From Paraspadella gotoi (Eukaryota > Animalia > Chaetognatha), in NCBI GenBank assembly GCA_051294375.1, contig CM119268.1:240879-304878 (forward strand): a stretch of DNA of 64,000 bases, given 5' to 3'. The notes under the pieces are model-generated. The model had not been told where the DNA came from. It did not search any database and saw only the letters and a program-made list of their open reading frames with translations. The translations under genes and the position numbers were made by a program. Every line of letters begins with the position of its first letter. The first letter of the stretch is position 1. This document shows, one piece after another, positions 1-12,739 of this stretch.

Positions 1-175
1 AAGAATAATATATCCTACTCTGCACTAGCTTCAAAATACAAAAAGCTTAATTATATGAAATTGGTATAACCAATATAAAACTATCCGTTTATTTAATAAA
101 TAAGCAATCTTGCCACGAACTTTGGACAGGCTGTGATGGTTTAATATCATTTCTAAAACCTTTTTCTTTTTTCAG

Positions 176-419
176 ATGGATCTTCACAATTTTGACTTTC
201 GTCGACTTCATCTTCGGAATTTTATTCTTTCCCTCCATCTACTTTTCCAAAGTAAAATTGGCCGAATTGCGTCTCTATCGTAAGGAAAATCCCTTCGCCA
301 ACAACGCAGCCTTGGAAAAAAAGATCAGCAAATTGTTTGACGTGGTCACTCCAATCCTATTGTGGATTCTTTACATCGGACTCCTTATCGTAAAAATTGG
401 GACTATCTTTTATGGTCAG
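176..419 (+). CDS. Internal exon of a TMEM121/CECR6-family multipass membrane protein
   Basis: Pyrimidine tract plus ttcag acceptor ending at 175; donor CAG|gt at 419/420. Reads WIFTILTFVDFIFG...ILLWILYIGLLIVKIGTIFYGQ, resembling TMEM121 '[21 protein letters not shown]' (recalled family motif, no search run). Confidence 0.8.
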
Positions 420-539
420 GTTTTAAAAATTATTCAAATTATCAATCAATCTTTTGATCAATTTATCTATTAATCAATAAAACAAAACAATTGTTGAATT
501 TATTAATTATTTTCATGAAATCATTATGTGATAATTGTT

Positions 540-2230
540 TCATCAAACAGGATAATAATATTGCTGTTATTTATAGTCTACAAAAGATTATAAAAAAATG
601 CAAAATTATGTTAAGTATTATATTTTATAATATTCATTAAAAAAATATATTACAAATTCTATATTTTTCATTTTATTATTTTTATTACTTTATATTAATT
701 TTGGTTTTTGATAATCTAAAAACATTTTTATAGTTAAAGATTAAACCTGCAATACTTTTATTATATCTGTATCCTATTATTAGGGGTTCTTTAAAATTGA
801 AATATAATGGTATTTTCCTTTGTATTGTTTTACTGTTCAAAATTCAATAAGATTAATAAAACATATATAAGATATATACTATAACCTAAATTACTATATA
901 TCTTATACATAGATAGCTATAATATAGTACTAACCTATATAATACATAATACCTATGCCTCGCCTAAGTTATTTCTCTGTCTCTCTCTAACATTTTAACT
1001 TTTAAGGTTCATCAGTTTCGCTTAAAATCTTTATGATTGAGTTTGACCCGTCTTTTTTAGTGTCCGTTGTTTATTTTCGGTCTTTCTTTGACCATCGTAA
1101 TTTTGAAGAGATACGAAAATATTTTTTAACTCTTATTTAGACTCAGCAAGAAAGGATTCACTCAGTCCCTAATACAGTTTTACGCGGACAATTATGGATA
1201 TTTTAGCCGAAATAAAGCCTAAGCCATTTGATTCACGACTTTTCCTTAATGAATTATGTGGAAAATTCAGCGAGTTTTCCATGAATTAAACAGAACAGAG
1301 CGACGTCTCGAACGCGGCGACTCTGTGGGCGTGAAGCATCAAATACTTCACAAACCCTTTATCTATGTAGTGCGGGCATAGCAATAGTCACCCCGCATAT
1401 ACCCAGCATGATCCTTCAATCTTGACCCCAGTGGCTCATTGAGTAAGAAGCAATCAGTCTCAGTACCACTATGGTACTGGGGTTCAATCCTGAACCCGGT
1501 ACTCTGGGAGAGTGGGTGAGGATGGCCGTGAAGCGGCTTGGGGTGTGGATGGAAACCTTCACAGCCTGGTTTAAGCCAGGATCACGTTTCATAGCTGTTT
1601 AGGAGGGGTTATAGAAGTACGGATAGTCTCAGTCCACTGGAGGTTACAGAGTTTCGCTCAGGGCCGGTGATTAGAGGAACGCCGGCGGAATGAGGGGTGT
1701 TCGTCAGATCTATCCACACTGGATTCATTCGGGCTCCCCAGTGTGGATAAGGCGCTAGTGGGCTGAAAATGACTATCCGTAACTTTTTAGATTACTGTAT
1801 ATTTTTTTATATAAGTTATATGAAAAATATGCCCTCGTCTTTATTTTTTGGTTTTCCAGATAGATAGTGTTAAAAGTAAAAAAATCTCTCTATTCCTTTA
1901 ATCTTACATTTAGCCCAAATGGATACATAGATTGAGAATTTTCTTTCCCAATAGCTTCTTTTTCTAGTCTGAGTTAGTTTGATTTAACAATAATTCAAAT
2001 GTTTCTTTTTTTCTATTGGTATAATTTTTAGTTCTTAAAGTTAGGCCAAATTAGATTAAATTTTAAAAGTCAATGTAAAAGTTTCATATATTTCACTATG
2101 TTTAGATTTAATTGTTAATTTTTTTATTTCTTTCTTGTATTCGTTCTTTATATTCTTTTATATTATTTTATAGATCCATTTAAGTTATTTTCTCCCCAAG
2201 TTTAAACAATGTGAAATCTAATTTTTTCTG
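540..2230 (-). mobile_element. Degenerate Penelope-like retroelement fragment (GIY-YIG then linker; Naiad-type order), intronic, interrupted by a SINE
   Basis: Minus strand ~1870-2030 gives LKIIPIE...LEKEA.W....QSMYPFGLNVRLKGI (GIY-YIG C-terminal motif). ~720-840 gives SKTIQRKIPLYFNFKEPLIIGYRYNKSIAGLIFNYK. Confidence 0.65.
1424..1790 (+). mobile_element. tRNA-derived SINE
   Basis: GC-rich island with A-box-like GTGGCTCATTGAGTAAG (1431) and B-box GGTTCAATCC (1481), no complete cloverleaf. Second copy at 3981-4245. Confidence 0.6.
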
Positions 2231-2389
2231 TGGTGCGGACTGGTGCATGGAGGATCAATCAATCAAAAATCTTAATCTTTTTGATTAAAAAAAAAACTTT
2301 AATAAAAACAAAACATTTGGGCTCATTTTACCCGTTTTAAATTTTTTAATTTGAAACCTAAATTTTAAAATTTCAAATTTTGGTTTAAT

Positions 2390-2679
2390 TCCAAATCGAA
2401 CAATGACCAATTTGACCGCCCCCTTAATTTCGCCATCAACTTCCAGGGTTCAAATTCCTCAATCCTGCTCTTCTCGCTGACCCGGCCATCGGTGATGAGG
2501 TCCAGTGGGCGACTCTCTTCACGGCCGGACTCTTTCTACTCGAAGTCTGGTCCAACGGTAGCGTCGTCCCTGATTCCATTCGTGATGCTTTCTTGACTTC
2601 CGGTTCCATCGCTGTTTTGATGGATCTTTTTGATTCGACCGACATTCTGGATTTATGGTTCAAAGTGGAATATAAACAG
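2390..2679 (+). CDS. TMEM121-like gene, next exon (copy 1; start approximate, frameshifts probably from read errors)
   Basis: Ends ...SIAVLMDLFDSTDILDLWFKVEYKQ|gtaac with a phase-0 donor at 2679/2680. Matches the family 'VALDLLDLLDMQASLW' motif. Confidence 0.7.
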
Positions 2680-3159
2680 GTAACGAATGACATAATGACT
2701 GACAGAATTACTGGCAAGATGAATGACATAATGACTGACAGAATTGCTGGCAAGATGAATGACAGAATGACTTATGTAATACTGTAATACTGATGCGAAA
2801 CCTTTTTTATTAATAATAATAACAAAAAAGATATTAACATAANNNNNNNNNNNNNNNNNNNNNNNNNNNNNNNNNNNNNNNNNNNNNNNNNNNNNNNNNN
2901 NNNNNNNNNNNNNNNNNNNNNNNNNNNNNNNNNNNNNNNNNNTTTCCTTTGTATTGTTTTACTGTTCAAAATTCCACTAAGATTAATATAATATACTATA
3001 ATATAAACTATATACTATAACTATAACTATATACTATATACTATAACTATATACTATAACTATATACTAACCCTATATATACTATACTATGCCTCGCCAA
3101 GTTATTTCTCTGTCTCTCTCTAACATTTTANNNNNNNNNNNNNNNNNNNNNNNNNTATT

Positions 3160-4720
3160 ATTACAAAATTCTATATTTTTCCATTTTATATATTTTTTAT
3201 TACTTTATACTTAATTTTGGTTTTTGATAATGCTAAAAAACATTTCTTTATAGTAAAGATTAAACCTGCAATACTTTTATTTATATCTGCTATTCCTATT
3301 ATTAGGGGTTCTTTAAAATTGAAATATAATGGTACTTTCCTTTGTATGTCTTTACTGTTTCAAAATTCCACTAAGATTAATATAATATACTATCAATATA
3401 AACTAATATACTATAACTATAACTATATACTATATACTATAACTACTATACTATAACTTATATACTAACCTATATATACCTAACTATGGCCTCGCCAAGT
3501 TATTTCTCTGTCTCTCTCTAACATTTTAACTTTTAAGGTTCAATCAGTTTCGCCTAAAAATCTTATTGAAAGTTGAACGTTTGACCCGTCTTTTATGTAT
3601 TCCCGTTGATATTTTACCGGTCTTGTTCTTTGGATCGCCATCGTCTCGGGTAAATTTTGAAGAGATATCGAAACAAATATTTTTTAACTCTCTTATTTAG
3701 ACTCAGCCAAGAAACGATTCACTCGTCCCTAATACAGTTTTACGGGACAAATTATGGATATTTTACCGAAAATAAAGCCTAAGCATTTGATTCACGACTT
3801 TTCCTTCATAATTCAGCGGAAAATTCAGCGAGTTTTCCATGAATTAAACAGAACGAGCGACGTCTCGAACGCGCGACTCTGCGGGCGTGAAGCATCAAAA
3901 TACTTCACAAACCCTTTATCTATGTAGTCGGGCATAGCAAAGTTCACCCCGCATATACCCAGCATGACACCTTCAATCTTGACCCCGTGGCTCATTGAGT
4001 AAAGCCATCAGCTCATGACCACTAGGTACTGGGTTCAATCCCAACCCGGTACCTACCCTGCAGGAAGTGTGAGGATGGCCGTAAGCCGCCTTGGGGCTGT
4101 GGAAAACCTTCAAGCCTGGTTTCAAGCCCAGGATCCGTTTCATAGCTGTTAGAGGGTGTTATAGAAGATAGAAGATCACTCCGGGCTCCCCAGTGTGGAT
4201 AAGGCGCTAAGTGGGCTGAAGATGACTATCCGTAACTTCTTTAGATTACTGTATATATTTTTTATATAAGTTATTGAAAAAATATGCCCTCGTCTTATAT
4301 TTTTTGGTTTTCCAAATAGATAGTGTTGAAAAGCTAAAAAAATCTCCTATTCCTTTTAATCTTACATTTAGCCCAAATGGATACATAGATTGAAATTTTC
4401 TTTCCCAATAAGCTTCTTTTTCTAGTCTGAGTTTAGTTTGATCTATACAATAATTCAAATGTTTCTTTTTTTCTATTGGTATAATTTTTAAGTTCTCTAA
4501 AAGTTAGGCTAAATTAGATTAAATTTTAAAAGTAATGTAAAAGTTTCATATATTTCACTATGTATTAGATTTAATTATTAATTCTTTTATATTCTTTCTT
4601 GTATTCGTTCTTTATATTCTTTTATATTATTTTATAGATCTATTTAAGTTATTTTCTCCCCAAGTTTAAATAATGTGAAATCTATTTTTTTCTGTGGTGC
4701 GGACTGGTGCTGATGCGAGC
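3160..4720 (-). mobile_element. Second copy of the Penelope-like fragment
   Basis: ORF 4246-4458 (-) RLEKEAYWERKFQSMYPFGLNVRLKGIGDF; linker motif at ~3230-3370. Confidence 0.65.
3981..4245 (+). mobile_element. tRNA-derived SINE (duplicate copy, internally shorter)
   Basis: Same A/B boxes and 3' end as 1424-1790. Confidence 0.55.
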
Positions 4721-4868
4721 AGTCAATGCAAGTCAGAAAAGTCTTGGTAATCTTTTTTGATTAAAAAAAAAACTTTAATAAAAACAAAACATTTGGGCTC
4801 ATTTTACCGTTTTTAATTTTTAATTTGAAACCCTAAATTTTAAAATTTCAAATTTTGGTTTATTCCAA

Positions 4869-5154
4869 ATCGAACAATGCACCAATTTGGACCGCCCCCC
4901 TTAATTTCGCCATCAACTTCCCAGGTTCAAATTCTCTCAATCCTGCTCTTCTCTCTGACCCGGCCATCGGTGATGAGTCTCAGTGGGCGACTCTCTTCAC
5001 GGCGCGGACTCTTTCTACTCGAAGTCTGGTCCAACGGTAGCGTCGCCCTGATTCCATTCGTGATGCTTTCTTGACTTCCGGTTCCATCGCTGTTTTGATG
5101 GATCTTTTTGATTCGACCGACATTCTGGATTTGGTTCAAAGTGGATATAAACAG
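4869..5154 (+). CDS. TMEM121-like gene, duplicate copy of the same exon
   Basis: Near-identical to 2390-2679: QFGP...QILSILLFSLT...DLFDSTDILDL, followed by gtaac donor. Confidence 0.65.
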
Positions 5155-5576
5155 GGTAACGATATGACATATACTGTGACAGAGAATTACTGGCAATGAG
5201 ATGACATAATGACTGACAGAATTGCTGGCAGGATGAATGACAGAATGACTTATGTAATAATGTAATATGATGCGCAAACCTTTTTTATTATATATTAATA
5301 ACAAAAAAGATATAACATAATTCAATGACAGTAACAGTAACCCAGCTAACAGTAACGCTTACAAGCATAATTTTAAAAATTTTTTTAATTTTTAAAAATT
5401 TAAAAGACTTTTCAATTTTAAAAATTAAACAAAAAATAAAGACACTAAAGTTTAAAATGGAACCATTAATACAATTTTATGAACTAATTCATAAGAGAAC
5501 TTACAAAACTACCAAAAAAAATAATAAGTGAAAAATACCAATTGAAATACCTATAAACAAGCTAATAACATTCTCC

Positions 5577-5615
<39 letters not shown>

Positions 5616-5807
5616 TATTATATTCGAAAATATTTAACTCATTTACGACGTCAAATAGTTGCTGTTCTTCTGATTAATTTTATTTATAAGAGCAATATAG
5701 TATCAAATAAACACATAAAGAATGAAATTAAAACGATTATTCTATTTTACTGCAATATGCTAATGAGATTTATAGTAGTTAATCCAAGATTCCCATTTCA
5801 TTTAAAG

Positions 5808-5939
5808 GTTTCAGGCATCGACTCTTTGCTTGTCGTCGCCGTCGTTTGCCATTGCATCTCACTACTGTTTCCCTTGGCTGCCATCTACCAAATCATGTGG
5901 ACTCGTTACGGGACAAAGAAGTTCAACGCTGCATTTGAG
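5808..5939 (+). CDS. TMEM121-like gene exon
   Basis: aag acceptor at 5807, GAG|gtgagt donor, 132 nt phase 0/0. Reads VSGIDSLLVVAVVCHCISLLFPLAAIYQIMWTRYGTKKFNAAFE (cf. 'YCYMLLLVLPCVALSEV'). Confidence 0.8.
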
Positions 5940-6149
5940 GTGAGTTCAGAATTTGTAAGTTAGAATGGGTGAGGGAATCTGTCTCTTTTCATAGCGATTA
6001 TATCGTCTGTTTCTAAAATTACCTCATTTTTACTATATAAATTCTTAATCCATCTGCTAAAACAAATCCTTAATTTAATCTGTAATGTAATTCTCAATCC
6101 TAATCTCTAAGTCTTAAACCCTAACACTAACCCTAACCCGATCATATGT

Positions 6150-6422
6150 TGAATTGGAATTCCATCTTTTATTTTAATTGCGACGCGAGTCATGTAGTCA
6201 TGTGATCACAGGGAAATACACGCGAAAAGAAAGTCTCTGCGGCGCAACACATTGGACGGACAGATCTTGTTTATACATTCATACAATTTGATTAATTATT
6301 ACATAAGTTATGAGAATTTTTAATATAAGTGGGACAGATCGATGGACAGACATACCGACAGACCGACCGACACCCAAGTGTCTCATAGAATTGCTCCGCG
6401 AGTTCTCGCGGCGCAAATAAAA
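6150..6422 (-). mobile_element. Helentron-associated non-autonomous element (HINE/DINE-1-like)
   Basis: Terminal palindrome TTGCTCCGCGAG-TT-CTCGCGGCGCAA (6391-6416), adjacent (GACA/GACC)n tract, sub-terminal repeat TTGCGACGCGAG at ~6178, T/A-rich flanks. Confidence 0.6.
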
Positions 6423-6540
6423 ATTAATTTCTAAACCAAAACGGAAACGCATTTGTAAAAAAAAATGGCCGCGCTTAAATTTTTTAGATTTTCTCGTTAT
6501 AATTTGTTTCTTTTTTCATTTTCTCTTATTTTTTGTCCAG

Positions 6541-6714
6541 GTTTTCAGCTCCCTGCTGCGCGCCTTCCTAGTCAACTTACCCTTCCTTGTTCTCCGCTGC
6601 ATTGCCGCCCACGCTCAACGCTGTGGCGGCGACAGCGGCGACGGCTGTGGAGGTCACGTTCGCTTTCAGACGAAGGCGCTCATTGTGAAGAATATCTTGG
6701 CAATTGTCTTCGCC
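6541..6714 (+). CDS. TMEM121-like gene exon
   Basis: ttttgtccag acceptor, GCC|gtgagg donor, 174 nt. Reads VFSSLLRAFLVNLPFLVLR...KALIVKNILAIVFA; 'VNLPFLxxR...KN' is typical of the CECR6/TMEM121/TMEM26-type C-terminus. This frame is absent from the ORF track. Confidence 0.8.
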
Positions 6715-7389
6715 GTGAGGGGAGCTGTGAAGTGGAGGAAGCAGAAATAGGAAGGGAGGAAAGGAAAGGAAAATGGAGGAAAGGAAGGGAGATGATAGGA
6801 AAGGAAAGGAAAGGGTAAGAGAATGAAGGAAAGGAAAGGAGAGCAAGGGAGAAGGAAGCATAAGAAAGGATAAAAAAGGAAAAGAAAGGAGCAAAAAAGA
6901 GAAGGAAAGGAAATAAGAGTAAATAAAAGGAGAGGAGATGAAAGGAAAGAAATGGAGAAGAAAAAAGGAAATGAAAGGAAAAGAAAGTAAAGGAAATGAA
7001 AGAAGAAAAGAAAAAGAGAGGAAAAAGAAAAAGAAAGAAGAGAAGGGAAAAAGAAAGAAAGGAAAGGAATTAAAAAAATGAAATAAAAGAAGTTGTAAGA
7101 AACCTGATATACAGTGCTGTGGAAAAAAATGACACCCTAAAATGTTGTGCCTAATGGTTTTTTGTAGTTCTTTCAAAAATAGTTTTTTCCCATTTTGTTT
7201 TTGACCACTTGTATTTTATTGTATTGCACAGCTCTTGAATTGCAGGACTGATTTTTTTAAACTTACACAAATGGATTCCTGTTTTAAAAATATATTCTTA
7301 CCTTTTAAATTAAAATTGGCGAAATTTAACATTGATGATGGAAATGAGTTTAAATGGAAAAAAAATATATTTCACTATTTGAACACCAA

Positions 7390-7850
7390 ATACTCATGAG
7401 TGGATGGGGCGATTGACTTTAAATTTTGTATTTGGGGAGAAATGTGTGTAATTAAACTGGAAATCAAGTTTCGATGGAATCGTTTTAGTGGAAATGGTTT
7501 AAATGGAATAAACAAAGTACCTGTTTAACTAATTGATTATGCTTCTTTTTCTTTTTATNNNNNNNNNNNNNNNNNNNNNNNNNATATTTTTAAATGTAAA
7601 TGCAAGATGTATTAACTTAACAGAACAATATAATTCAGTTAATTAAGTCAATAAGTCATTTAATTAAATAAATAATTAATTTAATCAGTCAATTAAACCA
7701 ATCAAAACCAACAATTTCGATCAAATGACTTAATTATCTTAAATAATTAACCTTGAATAAATTAATTATTAATTAATTAACTTAATTCACATTAATTTAA
7801 TTACGATAATGATCGTGGGCAGATCCGACGATTTGTTTGCTCAAACCTTG
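7390..7850 (+). mobile_element. Partial HINE of the GCAGATCC family
   Basis: Ends TAATGATCGTGGGCAGATCCGAC plus small hairpin, as in the full copy at 49800-50358. Confidence 0.55.
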
Positions 7851-8399
7851 TTAGTATAAAAATATTTTACTTTAGGATCCTTAGCTGTTTTTTTTACAAT
7901 TTTTTTTAAAACTCCGCGATCAGTCTTTAAATGTTGTCTTTACACCTTATTTACTTCACTATTTACTAATTGTACTTAAGCGAAAAAAATAAAGATGCCT
8001 TTTTATTCTTATTTAAACTAAACATCTCAGTTTAATAATACTGCTTCTTTAGAGAAAAATGTTTTTCCGTAGTCAAACGTATTTGTTTTAAAGCCATGAA
8101 GTAATAATAGTAGTCTTTGCTCTCCGTAATACGTAACCATTGAATTATGATAAAGATGAATTAAAACTTGCTTCCAGATAAAATTTGTTTAATGATTATT
8201 AATTATTAATATTGATTCTATTTATATTTTACGACCCTTGTCGCTGGCGATGTTACCAGTCTGTGACGACGACGTCGATTAATGAACGACAACGCAAGAC
8301 GATGACGACGATAAGATAAGAGGATGATTGAGAACGACAACGACGACCTGATGACGACGACGACGACGATGATGACAAAACACGATAACGACGACGGCA

Positions 8400-9909
8400 T
8401 TTGACGACGACAACGACAAACGATGACGGACGACAACGATTTGGACGACGCCGACTACTATTTATCTCTTTCTCTTAATCGATAAAATCATCCATTGTGC
8501 CGGACTTTTTTTTTCGTCCATCCGAGTCTCAGACTGAGAGAGAGAGAGAGAGAGAGAGAGGAGAAGACGAGAGAGAGCGAGAGAGGAGAGAGACGAGAGG
8601 GGGAGAGAGAGAGCAGAGAGGAGATAGATGTAAAAACGACGGTACTTCCTCTCTCCTTGCCCCTCTCCGAGGCGTGACAAAACGCCGAAATCATCTCCTC
8701 AGAATATATATTCTCTCTCTCTCTCTGCTCTCTCTCTCTCTCTCTCTCTCTCTGCATTATTTGCCCGCCCAACTCCAAGATACTAGAAGATATATAGAAT
8801 GACAACTATATCACCGTCTCTGGCTTGTACGTTATCTGCTTGCAATGAATAGTACACTAGCGTCTTCTAAACAATATGAACACTATATGGATACTTTGTG
8901 TCATACTTAGTATCCTACCAAGTATGTTTCGATCTCAGTTAGGTATAGACGATTATGTATTGAGTTTTGAACCAAGAACACTCTATGATCATGTGATGGA
9001 AGAAATGGAGCCTAAGGGATAATATAAGTGAAGAGTGTGTATAGTATGTTATAGATGAATAGTTTACTAACATGTCACGCAAGTGTAATATGACTAGAAA
9101 ATAGGGATCCTCATTTTTGTGATACTGGATAAATATTACAATATATGTCCATGTGATGAAAATTTACCTTGTCATTTTAGCGTTATATAAAAATTCTCTA
9201 TAAAAAATACTCCTTTTCTATCCTTTCTACAATACTCCTCTTTATTTTATTATCCCGTCCGCATGCATAAATTATATCTAGTTGTACCTTTTTATCTTTC
9301 AATATTCGACATTACTTTATGCTCGCTCTAGATATGTTCTCAATATTCGGCCAACGAGTTCTACGAAAAAAAATTCATAAAAAATCTTTTCAGCTCCGTT
9401 AAACAAAAAATGGATACGATTATCCATTCTACTCAACAGCGGTCTTCTGACGAACAGGGTCTTTCTCGGTAGCCAGGTCCTGTTATGAATATTACTGTTG
9501 TAAGGTCCATGATGGAGTTCCTTAACACCCCATTGACACCGATATGCCAAAGTCCCGGGGGCAAACAAAGCTTATTTATTAAATTAAAGGCTAATTGTTT
9601 AATGCGGTTGTACCAATGTTCATAGGCCTAGATTATTTTCATAAATATACGGTCCATCACATTGCAAAAGAAAGAGTATTTTTTTCCAAAAGGCTTAGTG
9701 AAACAAGAGTGACTGACCGACGATTAAAAAGGCTTGTGAAGGGCACGACACTAATAAGGAGGAGAAGTTGAGAAAAGAATAGGAATGACATAAACATGAA
9801 ATAACGACAACGATGACGACGACAACGATGACGACGCCTACTACTATTTATCTCTTCTCTTAATCGATAAAATCATCCATGTGGGACTTTTTCGTCCATC
9901 CGATCTCAG

Positions 9910-9945
<36 letters not shown>

Positions 9946-11270
9946 NNNNNNNNNNNNNNNNNNNNNNNNNATATGAAGATAAAAAAAAAGAGAGAGAAGG
10001 AGACCCATAAGAAGAGATGGCAGAAGTGGAGGAAAGTAAGAGAGCTAAAAAAAGAAAAAAGAATAGAGTAGAGGGTAGAGATATGAGATGGAGAGAGAGA
10101 GGGAGAGAGAGCGAGATGAATAGAGAGAGAAAGTTAGACAGAGAGAGAGAGAGAATAAAATAGAGGTTTGAGATGTATAAATACAAGATGAATTATTTAT
10201 TTTTAATTAGGATCGTTGTATTCGCAGGGTAATTAATATTTTATAGTACCCCATATAGATGAACGTATAGTGATTTTTGGCGGGGATGGGGCTTCAAGTT
10301 ATCCCGCATACTGGACGGGGATTGTGAGATAGAGGGCAGGAGGGCTTCGAAGCAGGTGATGCCCGCAGTAAAAAATAGTGGCGGGGGATTGCCAAAACAG
10401 AGAAGAAAAAGACAGTTTTTCGGTGAACAGAAAGAGGGCGCAGTTCAGACTGTTCTGGCCTTATAGGGCAGTTCAAAGATCTGGCGCCTTAGTTGGAGCG
10501 GCGTCTAATACTTGTTCCGCCGTTCCCGCCGGCTCCAAGTACTAGAAGTTTAACCACCATTTTAATTTTGGTGACTCGAATCTTCCGATGAAATATCACG
10601 CCTAAACATTTTGCACTAATCGGTATTTTTGTCATATTTATACAATAGTTGACTCAGGTAAGAGATATGTTTTGAGTTTTGACCGAATTACTAGTAATTA
10701 AAATTATGAGATTTATATTTTGTTGAAATTTCTACTGTCACGCAAACTGTTTAAATAGGAAAGGGAATTCTTTTTTTGACTTTTTATTTCATATTTCTAT
10801 TTTTTTACTTTTCTTTTCTTTATTAAATTTCTCCTTAAAACTTTTCTTCCTTTCTCATCTTCTTTTTTTTCCATTTTTTAGTTTCCTTTTTATCTTTCAT
10901 TTCCTTCTTTATCTCCTTTTTTCTCTTTTCCCACGATTTCTATCATAATCTTTTCAGCTCCGTTTAACAAAAAATGGATACATATCCATTCTACTAACAG
11001 GGTCTTCTACTAACAGGGTCTTCTACTAGCAGGGTCCTGTTATGATATTATGTTGTAAGTATGATGGAGGCCTTAAACCACCATTAACCGTCCAAAGTCG
11101 GGGGCAACAAAGCTTATTTATTAAATTAAAGGCTAAATTTTTTATCGGTTGTACCAATTTCATAGGCTAATTATTTTCATAATATACCATCACATTCAAA
11201 GAAAGTATTTTTTTCCAAAGGCTTAGTGAAAAGAGTGACTGACCGACTTAAAAAGGTTTGAGGCACAACT
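8400..11270. repeat. Local ~1.5-kb duplication around the 9946-9970 gap; first copy very noisy
   Basis: 8770-9780 is an indel-rich version of 10530-11290; 8430-8560 recurs at 9810-9945. Confidence 0.7.
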
Positions 11271-12194
11271 ATAAAAGGAAGTTGAAGAATAAAATAATAA
11301 TAATAATAATAATTATAATAATAATAATAATAATAATAGTAATAATAATAAAAATAGGGAGAGAGAAAGGAATGATAAAACATGGTGGGAAATAAGGAAA
11401 GGAGGGAAATAAGGAAATGGGGAAAATAAGGAAAGGAGGGATATAAGGAAAGGGGAGAANNNNNNNNNNNNNNNNNNNNNNNNNNNNNNNNNNNNNNNNN
11501 NNNNNNNNNNNNNNNNNNNNNNNNNNNNNNNNNNNNNNNNNNNNNNNNNNNNNNNNNNNNNNNNNNNNNNNNNNNNNNNNNNNNNNNNNNNNNNNNNNNN
11601 NNNNNNNNNNNNNNNNNNNNNNNNNNNNNNNNNNNNNNNNNNNNNNNNNNNNNNNNNNNNNNNNNNNNNNNNNNNNNNNNNNNNNNNNNGGAATTAAAAA
11701 AGGAGAGAAATAAGTATAGGGAGATAAAGAAAGGGGGCTCAATAAAAAAAAGTGATACATGGAAATCCTTAAGTCGACAGCGGAACCATCTGCAATGAAG
11801 AGGAGAAGGAGGAGGAGGAGGAGGAACAATATTAGAGAGAGAAAGANNNNNNNNNNNNNNNNNNNNNNNNNNNNNNNNNNNNNNNNNNNNNNNNNNNNNN
11901 NNNNNNNNNNNNNNNNNNNNNNNNNNNNNNNNNNNNNNNNNNNNNNNNNNNNNNNNNNNNNNNNNNNNNNNNNNNNNNNNNNNNNNNNNNNNNNNNNNNN
12001 NNNNNNNNNNNNNNNNNNNNNNNNNNNNNNNNNNNNNNNNNNNNNNNNNNNNNNNNNNNNNNNNNNNNNNNNNNNNNNNNNNNNNNNNNNNNNNNNNNNN
12101 NNNNNNNNNNNNNNNNNNNNNNNNNNNNNNNNNNNNNNNNNNNNNNNNNNNNNNNNNNNNNNNNNNNNNNNNNNNNNNNNNNNNNNNNNNNNNN

Positions 12195-12520
12195 CAATTT
12201 TCCAAAAACGCTGCATCTCAAATGGTAGATGGCTCTCTTTTCAAAAAACGCCACATCTCTCATGGAAGGTTTTACTTTTTTTCCAAAAACGCTGCCTTCA
12301 AATGGCAGATTGGCTCTCTTTTCCAAACAAACCCGTGCTCTCAAAATGGCAGATTGGCTTCTCTTCCAAAAACCGCAATCAAATGGCAGATGGACTTTTA
12401 TTTCCAAATAACGCTGCATCTCAATGCAGATTGGCTCGCTTTTTCAAAAACACTACATCTCTAACGGCAGATTGGCTCTTTTTTTCAAAAAATACCACAT
12501 CTCAAATGGCAGATTGGCTC
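12195..12520. repeat. ~37-40-bp minisatellite
   Basis: Unit TTTTCCAAAAACGCTGCATCTCAAATGGCAGATTGGCTC; fuller array at 46870-47470. Confidence 0.9.
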
Positions 12521-12739
12521 ACTAATCCATAACTCTTAACGCCAACCTAATCTTTAAGCATAACATCTAACATAATTTTAAACCTAAAAACTAATTTAAG
12601 TAAAAATTGAAGAGGAAATGGATAGCTTTGGGAAAATAAGGCCGATGGATTCACTTTTAAGAAAAGAGTTTTATTTCTTCGATCAAACAAAGTCGGAAGT
12701 AGAGGGAGAAGAGCGAGAGAGAGAGAAGAAGAAAGAGTG

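Larger units (their letters stand above)
650..5320. repeat. ~2.2-kb tandem duplication (650-2842 vs 3156-5320) separated by N gaps
   Basis: Colinear identity differing mainly by indels; a short third piece at 2942-3130. Confidence 0.9.

Noticed and set aside
4970-4996. TGATGAGTC...GACTC hammerhead-like stem
   Set aside because: Lacks the core C and GAAA, and lies in the TMEM121-like exon.
7110-7213. Tc1-like MITE (TA-CAGTG start)
   Set aside because: Right end does not form a convincing matching TIR.
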